Shown here piece after piece: positions 1-9,452 of a DNA stretch of 44,079 bases. Position numbers and translations under genes: made by a program. The notes under the pieces were generated by a model. It did not search any database. It had not been told where the DNA came from and saw nothing but the letters and a program-made list of their open reading frames with translations. The stretch spans positions 1 to 44,079 of IMG/VR virus record IMGVR_UViG_3300030376_006920. The stretch is one strand, 5' to 3'. Source of the DNA: a virus (Duplodnaviria; Caudoviricetes). Positions within the stretch are counted from its first letter, which is position 1. Each line of letters begins with the position of its first letter.

Positions 1-562
1 TAGCTGTAGTTTTGATATAGCCATCATTACCAACCATTTGCGTTAAGGATCCACCTTCGGCTTTTTCAGCACTACGAGTGAAAATAGAAACAGTACCTCC
101 TACTGATGGTACTGCTAATGAAGTGGCACCTAGACCACGTTGGATTTGGATATTAGATGTGACATCTGTTAATCCTTGCCAATTCGACCAATACACCCAA
201 CCATTTTCCATATCATTAACGGGTTGACCATTAATTAGGAATGATGTATTACGTTGATCAAAACCACGTAAAGAAATACGACTATCACCATATCCCCCTC
301 CTTGTTTTGTAGCATAAACACCAGGTGTTTTGTTCATAATTTCAGGAAATTCTTGGTTTCCTACTTTTAACAACACTTCTTGTGCTGAAATTGTACTTAC
401 GGCAATTGGTGTCTCTCTTTCTTTAGCGACATCAATAACACGTGAAGTAACTACTACTTCTTCCAAATTTACATCTAAGATGGTTTTGGAATCGGTACCT
501 GTTTCTTGCCCAAAAGCAAGCCCTATTGTTAAAAACAATAGCAATGTAACGAGTTTTTTCAT
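1..562 (-). CDS. TonB-dependent outer-membrane receptor (N-terminal part; runs off the window edge)
   Basis: Not in the ORF track; translated by hand from ATG 562: MKKLVTLLLFLTIGLAFG|QETG... (signal peptide with Gln after the cleavage site), TonB-box-like LEEVVVT, plug motifs TPIAVSTI, TPGVY, ISLRGF, INGQPVND, IQIQRG, GGTVSIFT. Open to position 2. Confidence 0.9.
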   Translation of the reverse strand, partial: MKKLVTLLLFLTIGLAFGQETGTDSKTILDVNLEEVVVTSRVIDVAKERETPIAVSTISAQEVLLKVGNQEFPEIMNKTPGVYATKQGGGYGDSRISLRGFDQRNTSFLINGQPVNDMENGWVYWSNWQGLTDVTSNIQIQRGLGATSLAVPSVGGTVSIFTRSAEKAEGGSLTQMVGNDGYIKTTA

Positions 563-619
563 TTTCGTTTTTTTAAAATTAAAATTAAACATTAATTATT
601 ACTAACCAACTCTAAATAT

Positions 620-2332
620 TTAGCCATCACAACTAATACAGTCTGCTTGTCTAGATCCTAAATCACCTTTGATGACGGAATCCGTACGCAAGTAATATAG
701 TGTTTTTACTCCCAATTTCCAAGCCTCTATATGAACCTGGTTTATCCATTTAGGAGAATCACTAGGGTCAAAAGATAAATTTAAAGACTGAGTTTGATCT
801 AGATATCGTTGACGAATTGCCGCTTGGCGAACTAATTCGAGTTGATTAATTTCAGGAAAAGTTAAAAATAACTCTTTTTCCTCAGGAGATAATACAGTAT
901 CAGGTAAGTTTTGTGCTGAACCTCCATCGGCTAGCATTTGATCCCAATATTTTTCTTTATTCTCTCCTTTTTCTTCAAGTATTGTTTCTAATACTTTGTT
1001 TTTACGGATAAACGTTCCTTTAGCACCATTAAATGTATAGATATTAGCGGGTAACGGCTCAATACCAGCGGAAATACCACCAGTAATAACGCTGTTCGAT
1101 ACGGTAGGAGCTACAGCAAGTAAATGCGTATTTCTCATACCAGTACCTCTACACCATATAGGTTCTCCATATTCTTGAGCTAAATCTCTTGATGCTTTTT
1201 CAGCATCGTTTTTGAGTTTGGAGAAAATATTATGTGTATAAGCTGTTGATGCAATAGAATTAAAAGGCATTCCTTTTTGTTGTAAATAAGTGTGCCAACC
1301 CATTACTCCTAATCCTAATGCTCTACCTTTTTTAGCATGAGCATGAGTTCTTTTTAATGAATCTTTACCTTGAGATTTATCTATAAATTCTTGCATTACA
1401 CCATCTAAGAACCAAGTAGCTAATTCAACAGTATCTGTATCTTTCCATTCATCATATTTAGCTAAATTTAAAGAAGATAAACAACAAATAAATGAATGGT
1501 CTTCATCTGTAAATAATGTAATTTCAGTACAAATGTTTGTCATACTTACATCTAAATTGTTCATCATGTAAGCAATAGGGTTGTTTTTATTTACATTATC
1601 TTTGTACATAATGTAAGGTTCGCCCGTTTCCATTCTTGATTTTAATACCTCAGCCCATAACGCCATAGAATCTTGATCTCTTGATTCTAGTTTACGCATA
1701 AAACTATCTCCTACTACTACACATTGGTGTAGGTTTAAACATTGTCTATTTGGATCACCTTTTGGTCTACGAATTTGTAAAAATTCTTCAATATCGGGGT
1801 GTTCAATATCTAAGTTAACTGAAGCAGCACCACGTCTTACTGAACCTTGGTTAGTAGCGATAATTGCTGAATCATAAATTTTGCACCATGGTACTACACC
1901 TTCTGATTTACCATTACCTGTAATTTCTGTTCCACGAGGGCGGATTCTAGATACTGAGATTCCAACTCCACCACCTTGTGAAGTTAGTTTCATTAATTCA
2001 GCATTAGTTAAACCAATTCCTCTAATAGAATCAGGTGTATCAACTCCAAAACATGATATAGGTAAACCTCTATCGGTTCCCATATTAGATAAAACGGGGG
2101 AGGCTAAACCTAACCACCCATTCCATATAATCTTAAAGAATTTATTTTCTAATTCGGGTTTTTTAAGTCTCATAGCAGCAGCAGATGCTACTCTTCTATA
2201 AGCTTTTTTTGGTGTTTCACCTGGTAGTAGATAACCTTTAGATATTGTAGCTAAAGATATTTCATCCATCCAAGCAGGGTAATCTTTCCCAGCTTCCCAG
2301 TTTTCAGTGTTTGCTATTAAATTTCCGTCCAT
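620..2332 (-). CDS. nrdA: Class I ribonucleotide reductase large subunit (no ATP cone)
   Basis: PISCF, TNICTEI (N-x-C-x-E), CCLSSLNL, APTVSNS, KTLYY and C-terminal CISCDG; 570 aa. Confidence 0.96.
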   Translation of the reverse strand: MDGNLIANTENWEAGKDYPAWMDEISLATISKGYLLPGETPKKAYRRVASAAAMRLKKPELENKFFKIIWNGWLGLASPVLSNMGTDRGLPISCFGVDTPDSIRGIGLTNAELMKLTSQGGGVGISVSRIRPRGTEITGNGKSEGVVPWCKIYDSAIIATNQGSVRRGAASVNLDIEHPDIEEFLQIRRPKGDPNRQCLNLHQCVVVGDSFMRKLESRDQDSMALWAEVLKSRMETGEPYIMYKDNVNKNNPIAYMMNNLDVSMTNICTEITLFTDEDHSFICCLSSLNLAKYDEWKDTDTVELATWFLDGVMQEFIDKSQGKDSLKRTHAHAKKGRALGLGVMGWHTYLQQKGMPFNSIASTAYTHNIFSKLKNDAEKASRDLAQEYGEPIWCRGTGMRNTHLLAVAPTVSNSVITGGISAGIEPLPANIYTFNGAKGTFIRKNKVLETILEEKGENKEKYWDQMLADGGSAQNLPDTVLSPEEKELFLTFPEINQLELVRQAAIRQRYLDQTQSLNLSFDPSDSPKWINQVHIEAWKLGVKTLYYLRTDSVIKGDLGSRQADCISCDG

Positions 2333-3312
2333 TAAAATAAATCATTTGCGTCCCAATTTTGGGCACCTTTACTATAGTTTGTTACACGATTTGCAAAGAA
2401 ATCTGTGTGTTGTTTTCCAGCTGAAAGCGAATCGAACCATTTCATTCTTTGAATCGCATCAGGGTCAATATCATTTACTATAGCGCCATAACCTAAATCA
2501 CTCATTTTGGTATTAACTCTATGTTTAATAAACGATACTAAATCATATTTTGGGCAACCATCTAAATCTCCCATTTCATAAACTTTATCAATAAAATCTA
2601 ATTCTAATTTTAAAGATAATTTTGCTGCTTCTTCAATTGAAGCTCTTAATTCAGGTGTATTTAATTCTGGTTTTTCTTCTAACAATTGTCTGAATAACCA
2701 GCAACCTGCATTTGAATGCAATGATTCATCTCTGATACTCCACTCTACTATTTGGCCTACTCCTTTAAGTAAATTTCTTAATTTAAAAGATAATAAAATA
2801 GCAAATGAAGAGAATAAATTTACACCTTCTGTAAATGCTGAAAATATAGCTAATGATTTAGCTCTTTCATTCCAATCAGGTGTTCCATCATGAGAATCTC
2901 TAACATTCATTAAATTTTCAATTTTAGCCATTGTAGATTCATCTTCTAAAAATTCACTAAAATTATCTAATCCTAATTCTTCATTTAATAATGAATAAGC
3001 TTCAGCATGAATTGTCTCAAAAGCACCAAATGTAACTCCCATTTTAATAATTTCGGGTTTTCTAAACCAAGAAGTTACTAAATTAGTCCAGTAATCATTT
3101 ACTACAGTTTCTGTTTGAGCAAAACCTTTTAGAATTGAACCAATTATATTTTTTTCAGTCTCTGATAAATTTTGTTTCCAATCATTAACATCTGACATCA
3201 TAGGCACTTCAGTATGTAACCAGTGTGCTTGTTGTTGTTTTAACCAGTAGTCATGTGCTTCTGGGTATTCAAAGGGTTTGTAAACTATTCTTTCTTGGGT
3301 TATATCTCTCAT
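2332..3312 (-). CDS. nrdB: Class I ribonucleotide reductase small subunit
   Basis: AHW, FAQTE, ETIHAEAY, TEGVNLFSSF, RDESLH, DFFANRVTNY; stop overlaps the nrdA start (TAATG). Confidence 0.96.
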   Translation of the reverse strand: MRDITQERIVYKPFEYPEAHDYWLKQQQAHWLHTEVPMMSDVNDWKQNLSETEKNIIGSILKGFAQTETVVNDYWTNLVTSWFRKPEIIKMGVTFGAFETIHAEAYSLLNEELGLDNFSEFLEDESTMAKIENLMNVRDSHDGTPDWNERAKSLAIFSAFTEGVNLFSSFAILLSFKLRNLLKGVGQIVEWSIRDESLHSNAGCWLFRQLLEEKPELNTPELRASIEEAAKLSLKLELDFIDKVYEMGDLDGCPKYDLVSFIKHRVNTKMSDLGYGAIVNDIDPDAIQRMKWFDSLSAGKQHTDFFANRVTNYSKGAQNWDANDLF

Positions 3313-3352
3313 AAATTATTTTTTAAAAACGGGGTGATAACTATAGTATATA

Positions 3353-4732
3353 TCATGAAGGGTTAGATGAATTTTGAAAGAAATTGTTAGCAAGGGGAGC
3401 TAATTGTTTTCTATCTTGTTCAGTCTTTTCATTTGCAAATGCCGGTTGGGGATTAGTTGAAGGATCAGGTAGTTCTCTTGGATTTTCATCCATCTCTATA
3501 TGACCTGTTGAAACATCTACATCTGCATGATATGTCATTCCATCCATTCCATATCTATTTTTCATTAAGAAAAATCTTCCTGTACCATTAACTTTATCTT
3601 GGGGTAATCTTGATAAAGACATACAGAAATCTGTAATCATTATTTTATTATACGAACCAGCTGCTTTATCTCCTTCAATTACATCATCTTTTGCACCTGC
3701 TCTATTAACCTGAGATACAGACCATACAGGAACATTTAAGGTGCGGGCTAAAGCTTTAGTAGATACATAAGTATTATCTAAACGTTCTTTTTCGTCTTTA
3801 GAATTACTACTACTTTTTAATAAATCAACATAATCAATCAAAATCATATCAGGTGGATAACCTAAATCTGTCATTTTTTGAACATGACCTTCAATTGTAG
3901 TAATTGATGCCTGCCCTGGGGCATATTCTTTAATGGTTAAACTACCCTTTAGGTTTTCTAGATAAGATTTAACTTTATCTTGATGAACATGGACAGTATT
4001 TACAGGTTGATTTACAAAATGCGCATCATATCGTTTACCAACATACCCTTCAGATAATTCTAATGTATAATGAGCAACATTTAATCCTAATTTTACAGCA
4101 TGAGCACCTAAAGCTACCATAGTCCATGATTTACCTCCACCAGGTGAACCAAATATTAAACCAAAGTCACCTCCACCTAAACCACCCATTAATCTTTCAT
4201 TAATAATTGGCCAAGGAGTAGGTATTACTTGACGGTCCTCTTCTTTATAACGGGACGCTACATCTTTTAAATATTCGTGTCCTATATTCTTGTCTTGTCC
4301 TGCTTTTAAAGCATTATCAATTGTAAATCTAATATCATCAAACATTCCATCTTGAAGTAAATCAACAGATTTTAATAATGCTGATTTTAATGATTGGTTT
4401 TTACAGAAATTTTGAAATTCTTGTTCAACATATTCTTGATCATCGTTTACCATTTTGTAAACTTCTTTTAATTGATCAACAATTGCTGTTTTTAAAACAT
4501 CATTATCTAATTTTTTAACCTCAATTTTAAGAAAATCAAGTGTTGGTGTAGTGTGAAATTCATCAAAATATTGTAATGCTTCCTTTACAAGCCATTGGTG
4601 TGCTTGATTTTCAAAATAAGAAGGTATAATTACATCCCTAATATTAAGTAAGAATTTTTTATTCTTTAATATAGAATGTATAACCTTTACTTGGAAATGA
4701 GGACCGTATTGAGATAATGTTTTTAACGTCAT
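3353..4732 (-). CDS. Replicative DNA helicase (DnaB/T4 gp41-like)
   Basis: Walker A GSPGGGKS, YTLELSE, Walker B IDYVDLL, SQVNR, KNRYG. Confidence 0.93.
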   Translation of the reverse strand: MTLKTLSQYGPHFQVKVIHSILKNKKFLLNIRDVIIPSYFENQAHQWLVKEALQYFDEFHTTPTLDFLKIEVKKLDNDVLKTAIVDQLKEVYKMVNDDQEYVEQEFQNFCKNQSLKSALLKSVDLLQDGMFDDIRFTIDNALKAGQDKNIGHEYLKDVASRYKEEDRQVIPTPWPIINERLMGGLGGGDFGLIFGSPGGGKSWTMVALGAHAVKLGLNVAHYTLELSEGYVGKRYDAHFVNQPVNTVHVHQDKVKSYLENLKGSLTIKEYAPGQASITTIEGHVQKMTDLGYPPDMILIDYVDLLKSSSNSKDEKERLDNTYVSTKALARTLNVPVWSVSQVNRAGAKDDVIEGDKAAGSYNKIMITDFCMSLSRLPQDKVNGTGRFFLMKNRYGMDGMTYHADVDVSTGHIEMDENPRELPDPSTNPQPAFANEKTEQDRKQLAPLANNFFQNSSNPS

Positions 4733-4735
4733 AAC

Positions 4736-5767
4736 TTATTTAACCTTGTAATTCTGAAGATACGTAAATACTTCAGATAACCAAAATTCTGTATTAGGTA
4801 TTCCACGACCTAATAAATCTTTTTCATACATCCCTAAAAATTTAGACTTATTAAAATTATAAGGTTTTGTCTCTATAAGCTCGTCTAATTCTTTTTGATC
4901 TGCTTCAACTAATTCAATTTCTTCTAAACACATCAACTCGTAATTTATCTCAAGTTGACTTTTAAATAAATGAACGTTACCATAAATTCCATGTTCATCT
5001 ACTTTATCTGTAGCTTTCTGATATGCTTCTTGTAATGTAAATTTTTCTTTACCTGCTATTTCAGGGAAATATTTCATCAATTTTTTAGGACCTAAACCTT
5101 TAACACCTGGGAGATTATCTGATTTATCACCCATTAGACATTTCATTGTAATAAAATTATGAGGTGGTAAACCATATTGCTCATAAACATCATTTGGTCT
5201 ATAGAATTTCTTTTTAATTGGTGAATAAACTGTAATTCGTTCATTTACTAACTGTAAGAAATCCTGGTCAGCAGAGTATATAATAACATCATCTTTTAAT
5301 TTTTGAGACAAATATGCTATAGTATCATCTGCTTCAATTTTATCAATAATTGAAATATTAACAGGTAACGTTTTTAGATAATCTAATAAACGCATCATTT
5401 GAGTAGCAACCGAATCAGATTCTTCTTCTAATGTAGAAAATACATTAAAATTAGTAATTCGCTTTATTTGTCGATTTGCTTTATACTCAGAGTATGTATT
5501 TCTCCTATTTGTAATATTTCCTTGACCATCAAATACTAAAACTACTCTAGTAGGTTTAATTAATTTGATAGCATAACCTAATGATTTCATAAAACCAACT
5601 AAACCTCCAACGTGATTACCTTGTGGATTAATAGCAGGTATCATTGCAAATGAACGCAAAAATGTGTTCATTGAATCTATTAGGAGCACCCTGCTGTTTA
5701 AATGCAGGGGCTCCAGATTAGACTCCTCATGCAAGTTATTGAGAATATCTTGATAAGTTTTATTCAT
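4736..5767 (-). CDS. 5'-3' exonuclease / flap endonuclease (T4 RNase H-like)
   Basis: LIDSMN, VFDG, YKANR, EADD, SADQDFLQL, GDKSDNLPGVKGLGPK. Confidence 0.93.
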   Translation of the reverse strand: MNKTYQDILNNLHEESNLEPLHLNSRVLLIDSMNTFLRSFAMIPAINPQGNHVGGLVGFMKSLGYAIKLIKPTRVVLVFDGQGNITNRRNTYSEYKANRQIKRITNFNVFSTLEEESDSVATQMMRLLDYLKTLPVNISIIDKIEADDTIAYLSQKLKDDVIIYSADQDFLQLVNERITVYSPIKKKFYRPNDVYEQYGLPPHNFITMKCLMGDKSDNLPGVKGLGPKKLMKYFPEIAGKEKFTLQEAYQKATDKVDEHGIYGNVHLFKSQLEINYELMCLEEIELVEADQKELDELIETKPYNFNKSKFLGMYEKDLLGRGIPNTEFWLSEVFTYLQNYKVK

Positions 5768-6839
5768 TTGATGGAGAAGCTATACCTTTAAAATCTTCTG
5801 CATCTGAACCTTCTAATACTACTTCAAACGGACCATCACCTAGGATTTTACCCCATTCATTTTGATGTGCTTTTTTGTAATTATCTATATCCTTTTTAGT
5901 ATCAGATATAAACCCGTGTGGGGTTACTACAATTTTACCTGTAGTTGTAACACCTGAAATGTGGTTCTTTTCAACTGCTACTTTTACTTTCTTAGCCCAT
6001 TCTACCTTTTTACCATCTTTTACAGCATTAACTTTTAACGTTCCAGCATTTGAGATGTTACCAAAGGTTACAATTAAAGTTGAATCAAAAAACATTGTAT
6101 TTCCACCTTTATTTTTCATAATAGGAGGTGACATTGGTCCAATTGGTTTTTCAACCCAAATCTTATTAATTGCTACTAATGAGTTAGTATAAGGATAAGA
6201 TTCTTTACGTGATAATAGAATTTCCTGGTTGATAAAGTTACCAAATTGAGTAGACATTGCACCAGCATTCCATTCGTTGTTGTTTTTAGCTTTTTCAACA
6301 GACATTTGACACGGCACAGATCCAATTGAATCCCATAGAAATACCATATCCATCGGTAAATTACCTTTTCGCTGTTCATCCATTAGATCTGCCATGAATC
6401 CTGCAACAGCTTCAACAGTACCTAATTGACCTCTGTCAGCATAAATAAAATTACCATCTACACTTGTAACTTGACCATTTTCGTCTTTAGTTAACTCAAC
6501 TTCTAGACCCATCATCATTGCATGTTCCCAAGACCATTTCATCTCGGTAATAATGAATACAGGTAAAATTCCCATTTTCTGAGCATTAACAGCTACTTCT
6601 AATAGTGCTGTTGTTTTACCTGAATCTGAATGTCCACGTAATAGAGTAATGTGACCATGAGGAATACCAGGTAACGATACCATTTCTTGCCAAGCAGGAG
6701 ATAATGGTATCCATTCCTGTTCCTTAAAGGTATTATTTGCAGTTCCTAAGCCTTTAGCAGCTTTAAACTTATCAAGGGAGAACGTTCCCTTAACAGACTT
6801 GGAGATATCGCCTCCAAGGCTAGCTTTCTTTTTAGCCAT
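5760..6839 (-). CDS. RecA/UvsX-like recombinase
   Basis: Walker A GHSDSGKTT, Walker B FLWDSIGS, KGG motif, KNH; lies between SSB and exonuclease. Confidence 0.88.
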   Translation of the reverse strand: MAKKKASLGGDISKSVKGTFSLDKFKAAKGLGTANNTFKEQEWIPLSPAWQEMVSLPGIPHGHITLLRGHSDSGKTTALLEVAVNAQKMGILPVFIITEMKWSWEHAMMMGLEVELTKDENGQVTSVDGNFIYADRGQLGTVEAVAGFMADLMDEQRKGNLPMDMVFLWDSIGSVPCQMSVEKAKNNNEWNAGAMSTQFGNFINQEILLSRKESYPYTNSLVAINKIWVEKPIGPMSPPIMKNKGGNTMFFDSTLIVTFGNISNAGTLKVNAVKDGKKVEWAKKVKVAVEKNHISGVTTTGKIVVTPHGFISDTKKDIDNYKKAHQNEWGKILGDGPFEVVLEGSDAEDFKGIASPSNE

Positions 6840-6844
6840 AAAAA

Positions 6845-7651
6845 TTAATCTTTAAATAAGTCGTCGAAATCGCTATCGCTTACTGTCTCTTTTGTTTTGA
6901 CATTAAGTGTATAACCTGTATCCTTTGCTTCTTTTTCAAGAGGGGAAGGATCATTAAATAGAGCTTCTGTAGCTGTTTGTTCTGAAGATTCTTCAGGATT
7001 TAACCATTCTTGAAGTGCTGTTTTCATTTCATCATAAGAATACTTCTTATAGTATTTTAGCAATTCTGGTTGTTCAGCTAACCATTTTTCAACCTGATTA
7101 TTATCATCTGATAGTGGAGATTGTTTTGGTTTAACTCTAAGTGAAGTTTGTGGATAAGGATTACCTTGAACTACTTCTACTGTCATATCTAAACCAGATA
7201 CAACGTCTGTAAAATCACCGTAATCTTCATCTGCAGCATAGCTAAGTAATTCTTGATATACTTGCTTTCCAAATTCCCAAAAACGTACACCTTTGTTTTC
7301 TTCACCTCTAACTACAACAGGAGCAAATACTCTCATTTTAGGCTCTAACTTTTTAGCTAAACGCCAGTTTTCAGGTTCAGATGTTTTACGTAATTCTTTT
7401 GAGAACTCTACGATAGGATCTTTTTCACCATAATTAATAGGTGAGATCATCGTTCTATTTCCAATCCCATAGTGAAAAAATACTTCACTAAATGGATTTT
7501 CTTTGTTTTCCTTAAAGGGCACAAAACGGATTTGTGATTTGCCCATAGGAGCTTTCCAAAAATACTGACTTCTGTCAAATTTTTGATCTGATTTTTGTCC
7601 CTGTGGGGACTGTAGTTTTTCTAACTTGCTTGAAATTAAATCTAAATTCAT
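6845..7651 (-). CDS. Single-stranded DNA-binding protein (T4 gp32-like)
   Basis: FWK..G..IRFVP, HYGIG, DPI, VRFWEFGKQVY, DFTD, acidic C-terminus DFDDLFKD. Confidence 0.88.
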   Translation of the reverse strand: MNLDLISSKLEKLQSPQGQKSDQKFDRSQYFWKAPMGKSQIRFVPFKENKENPFSEVFFHYGIGNRTMISPINYGEKDPIVEFSKELRKTSEPENWRLAKKLEPKMRVFAPVVVRGEENKGVRFWEFGKQVYQELLSYAADEDYGDFTDVVSGLDMTVEVVQGNPYPQTSLRVKPKQSPLSDDNNQVEKWLAEQPELLKYYKKYSYDEMKTALQEWLNPEESSEQTATEALFNDPSPLEKEAKDTGYTLNVKTKETVSDSDFDDLFKD

Positions 7652-7678
7652 GTTTATAACTTTTTTTTTGTAACTTAA

Positions 7679-7710
7679 TTAATATAATAACCTTCTTTTA
7701 AATAACCAAA
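7679..7710 (-). promoter_or_regulatory. Bacteroidota-type housekeeping-sigma promoter (early/middle) for the replication genes
   Basis: Minus strand TTTG-N20-TATATTAA, similar to the Bacteroidota -33 TTTG / -7 TAnnTTTG consensus; near-identical copy at 32202-32233. Confidence 0.65.
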
Positions 7711-8127
7711 CTAGAAATTAATTATTTCGTGAACTTTGGTATCTAATTTTTTTAACTCGCCACTGGTTGTAAGAAGAATACAGTTGCGGTAATCTTGCCA
7801 ATTTACTCTATATGATTTATCTAAATTACCTTCATTCAAAGAACGAATTAAATCATTAAGTGCATTTATTGTATATAATGTATTAGATTCTTTTTTTCTA
7901 TGTAAAAGGATAGTATTCTCTAATATCTTATCAGACATATTGAAAGAATCTACATTGTAGGTACACACATATTCCTTAGTTGATTCTACATATAAAACAA
8001 ATATCTTATTAAATAATATTTGATATTGTTCTTTTATAGTATCTAGGGTGGAATCTAGCTGTTCTTCAGCGGTAAAGGTGCAAAATAATTTGTTTGCCAA
8101 ATCGTCAAAATTTATATCGTAATCCAT
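7711..8127 (-). CDS. Hypothetical protein next to the PolA-like gene
   Basis: 138-aa ORF, co-oriented and tightly packed; ATATTTAT motif 1 nt before the ATG. Confidence 0.8.
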   Translation of the reverse strand: MDYDINFDDLANKLFCTFTAEEQLDSTLDTIKEQYQILFNKIFVLYVESTKEYVCTYNVDSFNMSDKILENTILLHRKKESNTLYTINALNDLIRSLNEGNLDKSYRVNWQDYRNCILLTTSGELKKLDTKVHEIINF

Positions 8128-8128
8128 A

Positions 8129-8136
8129 ATAAATAT
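8129..8136 (-). promoter_or_regulatory. Putative late promoter ATATTTAT
   Basis: One of 17 intergenic copies. Confidence 0.55.
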
Positions 8137-9434
8137 TAAATTTCTTTTAAGGAATTGTAGTTAGGGCCATACGCAACCTTAATAACATAACCGTTAATTT
8201 CTAATAACTTTTTAATTTCTTTTAGTACTTCCTTTCCATCATCAACTGCATAATCGATCAAGAATGAATCATATGTGTACAATATAACCTTACTTTGTTT
8301 ATTCTCCAAATATTCTATGACTTGTTTTACAGAAATTACATTATTATGTGTTTCTGCAGACTGAATAACATAGTTTAGTATTTTATTTGGTGTAGGATTG
8401 TTAATTTCACTTTTATCTAATATTTTACCTCCTACTAATTCTAATTTTCCTGTAGCATTAAATAAAGTCCATAGTTTATCTATATATTCATTCATTGCTT
8501 TAAAAAATGGTATTTCTTTATATTCTTTAAATACACCTCCATATAACTGTTTAAATGTTAGTTCTTTAGAGCGGGCATATTCTTCAGGAGTTAGCTCATC
8601 TTTATCGAAATACATACGTCCCAATTGAGTATGTACAGAGCCCCTGTCTAATGGAAAATCAATTAGTTTAGCCATGATTCTCACATGATAAGCATCGTAA
8701 TCGAATTCAAAGAACATATCATTTTTCGGTATAAATGCAGTTCTTGAACCATCATTTTTATTTAAAGCAGCAAAGTTAACGCCGTTATATGAGTTTGTGG
8801 GGCGAGTGGTGAGGTTATATAGATTATATTTAGAATACACTGTATCTGCGTGATAAAACCATTCTTTTTCATGGTATTTAAAATGTTTATCAAAGTAATC
8901 AGGGTGTACTTTTAACCCTTGTTCTTCAATTGATTTAAATACTCTTGGAAAAGTATCATTATAAAATTCATTTATTTGTTCTGGGATTGTTTCTCTAATC
9001 TCTTCAAATATTTTTTCTTCCGCTTCATAAATTTTCGAGATCGGTACCAAGGAATTACAGAATGGTAAATGTCCATACCTATCATAAGTACGGGACCGAA
9101 TAAGAGAATGATCCATGTTGTTATTATCATAATCTATATCTATTAATTTTAGTGAATCGAAGTGATATAAACACTCCTTTTTATTTATAGTGTATATTTT
9201 TTCATATTTAGATTCTATCCATTCTATAACCTTATCTAAAGGTAATTTAAATGCCTCTGAATGGTTAATAGGAAAAATATATCCTTTGCTTTCAAATGTT
9301 TTAAAGTATAAAAGGCAAGGTGAAGTCAAAGCAGAATGATATTCATCATTCATTGGAATGATTCGAATATAACAGTCTGTTCCTTTGCAATACAGCCGTT
9401 TTAGCTGCTCTTCTGTTTCAACAATATAATACAT
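8136..9434 (-). CDS. Divergent family A polymerase (PolA-like) with degenerate 3'-5' exonuclease domain
   Basis: TTRP..N.AAL, R.AFIP, motif A FDYDAYHVR, motif B SKELTFKQLYG, NYVIQSAE, motif C YTYDSFL; only 432 aa. Confidence 0.85.
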   Translation of the reverse strand: MYYIVETEEQLKRLYCKGTDCYIRIIPMNDEYHSALTSPCLLYFKTFESKGYIFPINHSEAFKLPLDKVIEWIESKYEKIYTINKKECLYHFDSLKLIDIDYDNNNMDHSLIRSRTYDRYGHLPFCNSLVPISKIYEAEEKIFEEIRETIPEQINEFYNDTFPRVFKSIEEQGLKVHPDYFDKHFKYHEKEWFYHADTVYSKYNLYNLTTRPTNSYNGVNFAALNKNDGSRTAFIPKNDMFFEFDYDAYHVRIMAKLIDFPLDRGSVHTQLGRMYFDKDELTPEEYARSKELTFKQLYGGVFKEYKEIPFFKAMNEYIDKLWTLFNATGKLELVGGKILDKSEINNPTPNKILNYVIQSAETHNNVISVKQVIEYLENKQSKVILYTYDSFLIDYAVDDGKEVLKEIKKLLEINGYVIKVAYGPNYNSLKEI

Positions 9435-9452
9435 AACCTTTTATTCATAACT

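Noticed and set aside
330-605. Plus-strand 91-aa ORF
   Set aside because: Antisense shadow of the TonB-dependent receptor on the minus strand.
3336-3344. ATAGTTATC upstream of nrdB as a late-motif variant or NrdR box
   Set aside because: A single mismatched copy in AT-rich DNA and a poor match to the NrdR palindrome; not enough support.
620-9434. Introns, inteins or homing endonucleases in nrdA, nrdB, helicase, recA or pol
   Set aside because: The ORFs are continuous and of normal or reduced length, with no splicing or endonuclease motifs.
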